Source of the DNA: Oopsacas minuta | Taxonomy: Eukaryota > Animalia > Porifera | DNA length: 64,000 nucleotides | Reading direction: 5' to 3' | Assembly: GCA_024704765.1 (NCBI GenBank) | Contig: JAKMXF010000346.1 | Span: 130,015-194,014, forward strand | Part shown: in pieces, positions 63,754 through 64,000 of the stretch | Layout of the letters: the number at the start of each line of letters is the position of its first letter | How positions within the stretch are numbered: the stretch's first letter is position 1 | The notes under the pieces: generated by a model | Databases searched by the model: none | What the model was told of the DNA's origin: nothing | The model's input: only the letters and a program-made list of their open reading frames with translations | Program-made: the position numbers and the translations under genes

Positions 63754-64000
63754 TAATTTTGTTTATAAATAGTGCATATACTTCATGTACATGAGAAATT
63801 ATGGCACCAGTGAGTAAAAATAAGGTTAAGAAATCTTATTAGTTAAGAAATGAGCTATTCAAGTTCAAAGTGTATCAGAGGTTAACTGGTAAACACTGGT
63901 CATGTATCGTGATATTTTAATCAGAATACAGTATCAGGACATACAAAGTATTGAGAGTCAATTTCAAAGTTCATCACACAAATTACCAAATTATATGGTA

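Overview
AT-rich eukaryotic (animal-like) genomic DNA with spliceosomal introns and the standard genetic code. The species cannot be fixed from sequence alone. Two host genes are present, both on +. The first is a single-exon-CDS PNUTS/PPP1R10 orthologue (1956..3977). The second is eIF2B-delta (EIF2B4), which the ORF track shows only as fragments; I reconstruct it as three coding exons (16427..16651, 44033..44631, 57145..57637; about 438 aa) separated by 27.4 kb and 12.5 kb introns. By my summed coordinates roughly two-thirds of the window is DNA transposons, often nested: mariner, Tc1, maT/DD37D, Tigger, hAT, MULE, Chapaev3-like, Helitron and foldback/MITE elements. The most notable feature is a 5.2 kb Transib/RAG1-like transposon relic (20810..26003) inside intron 1. 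Both its ends begin with the exact RSS heptamer CACAGTG, it is flanked by a perfect 5-bp TSD (GCACG), and it carries a broken transposase with RAG1-type DDE motifs plus apparent NBD-, CND- and CTT-like remnants, with no room for a RAG2-like gene. A pair of near-identical inverted 2.3 kb Chapaev3-like copies straddles eIF2B-delta exon 2. No tRNA, rRNA or CRISPR features were seen. Coordinates were counted by hand; family names rest on recalled motifs, not database searches.
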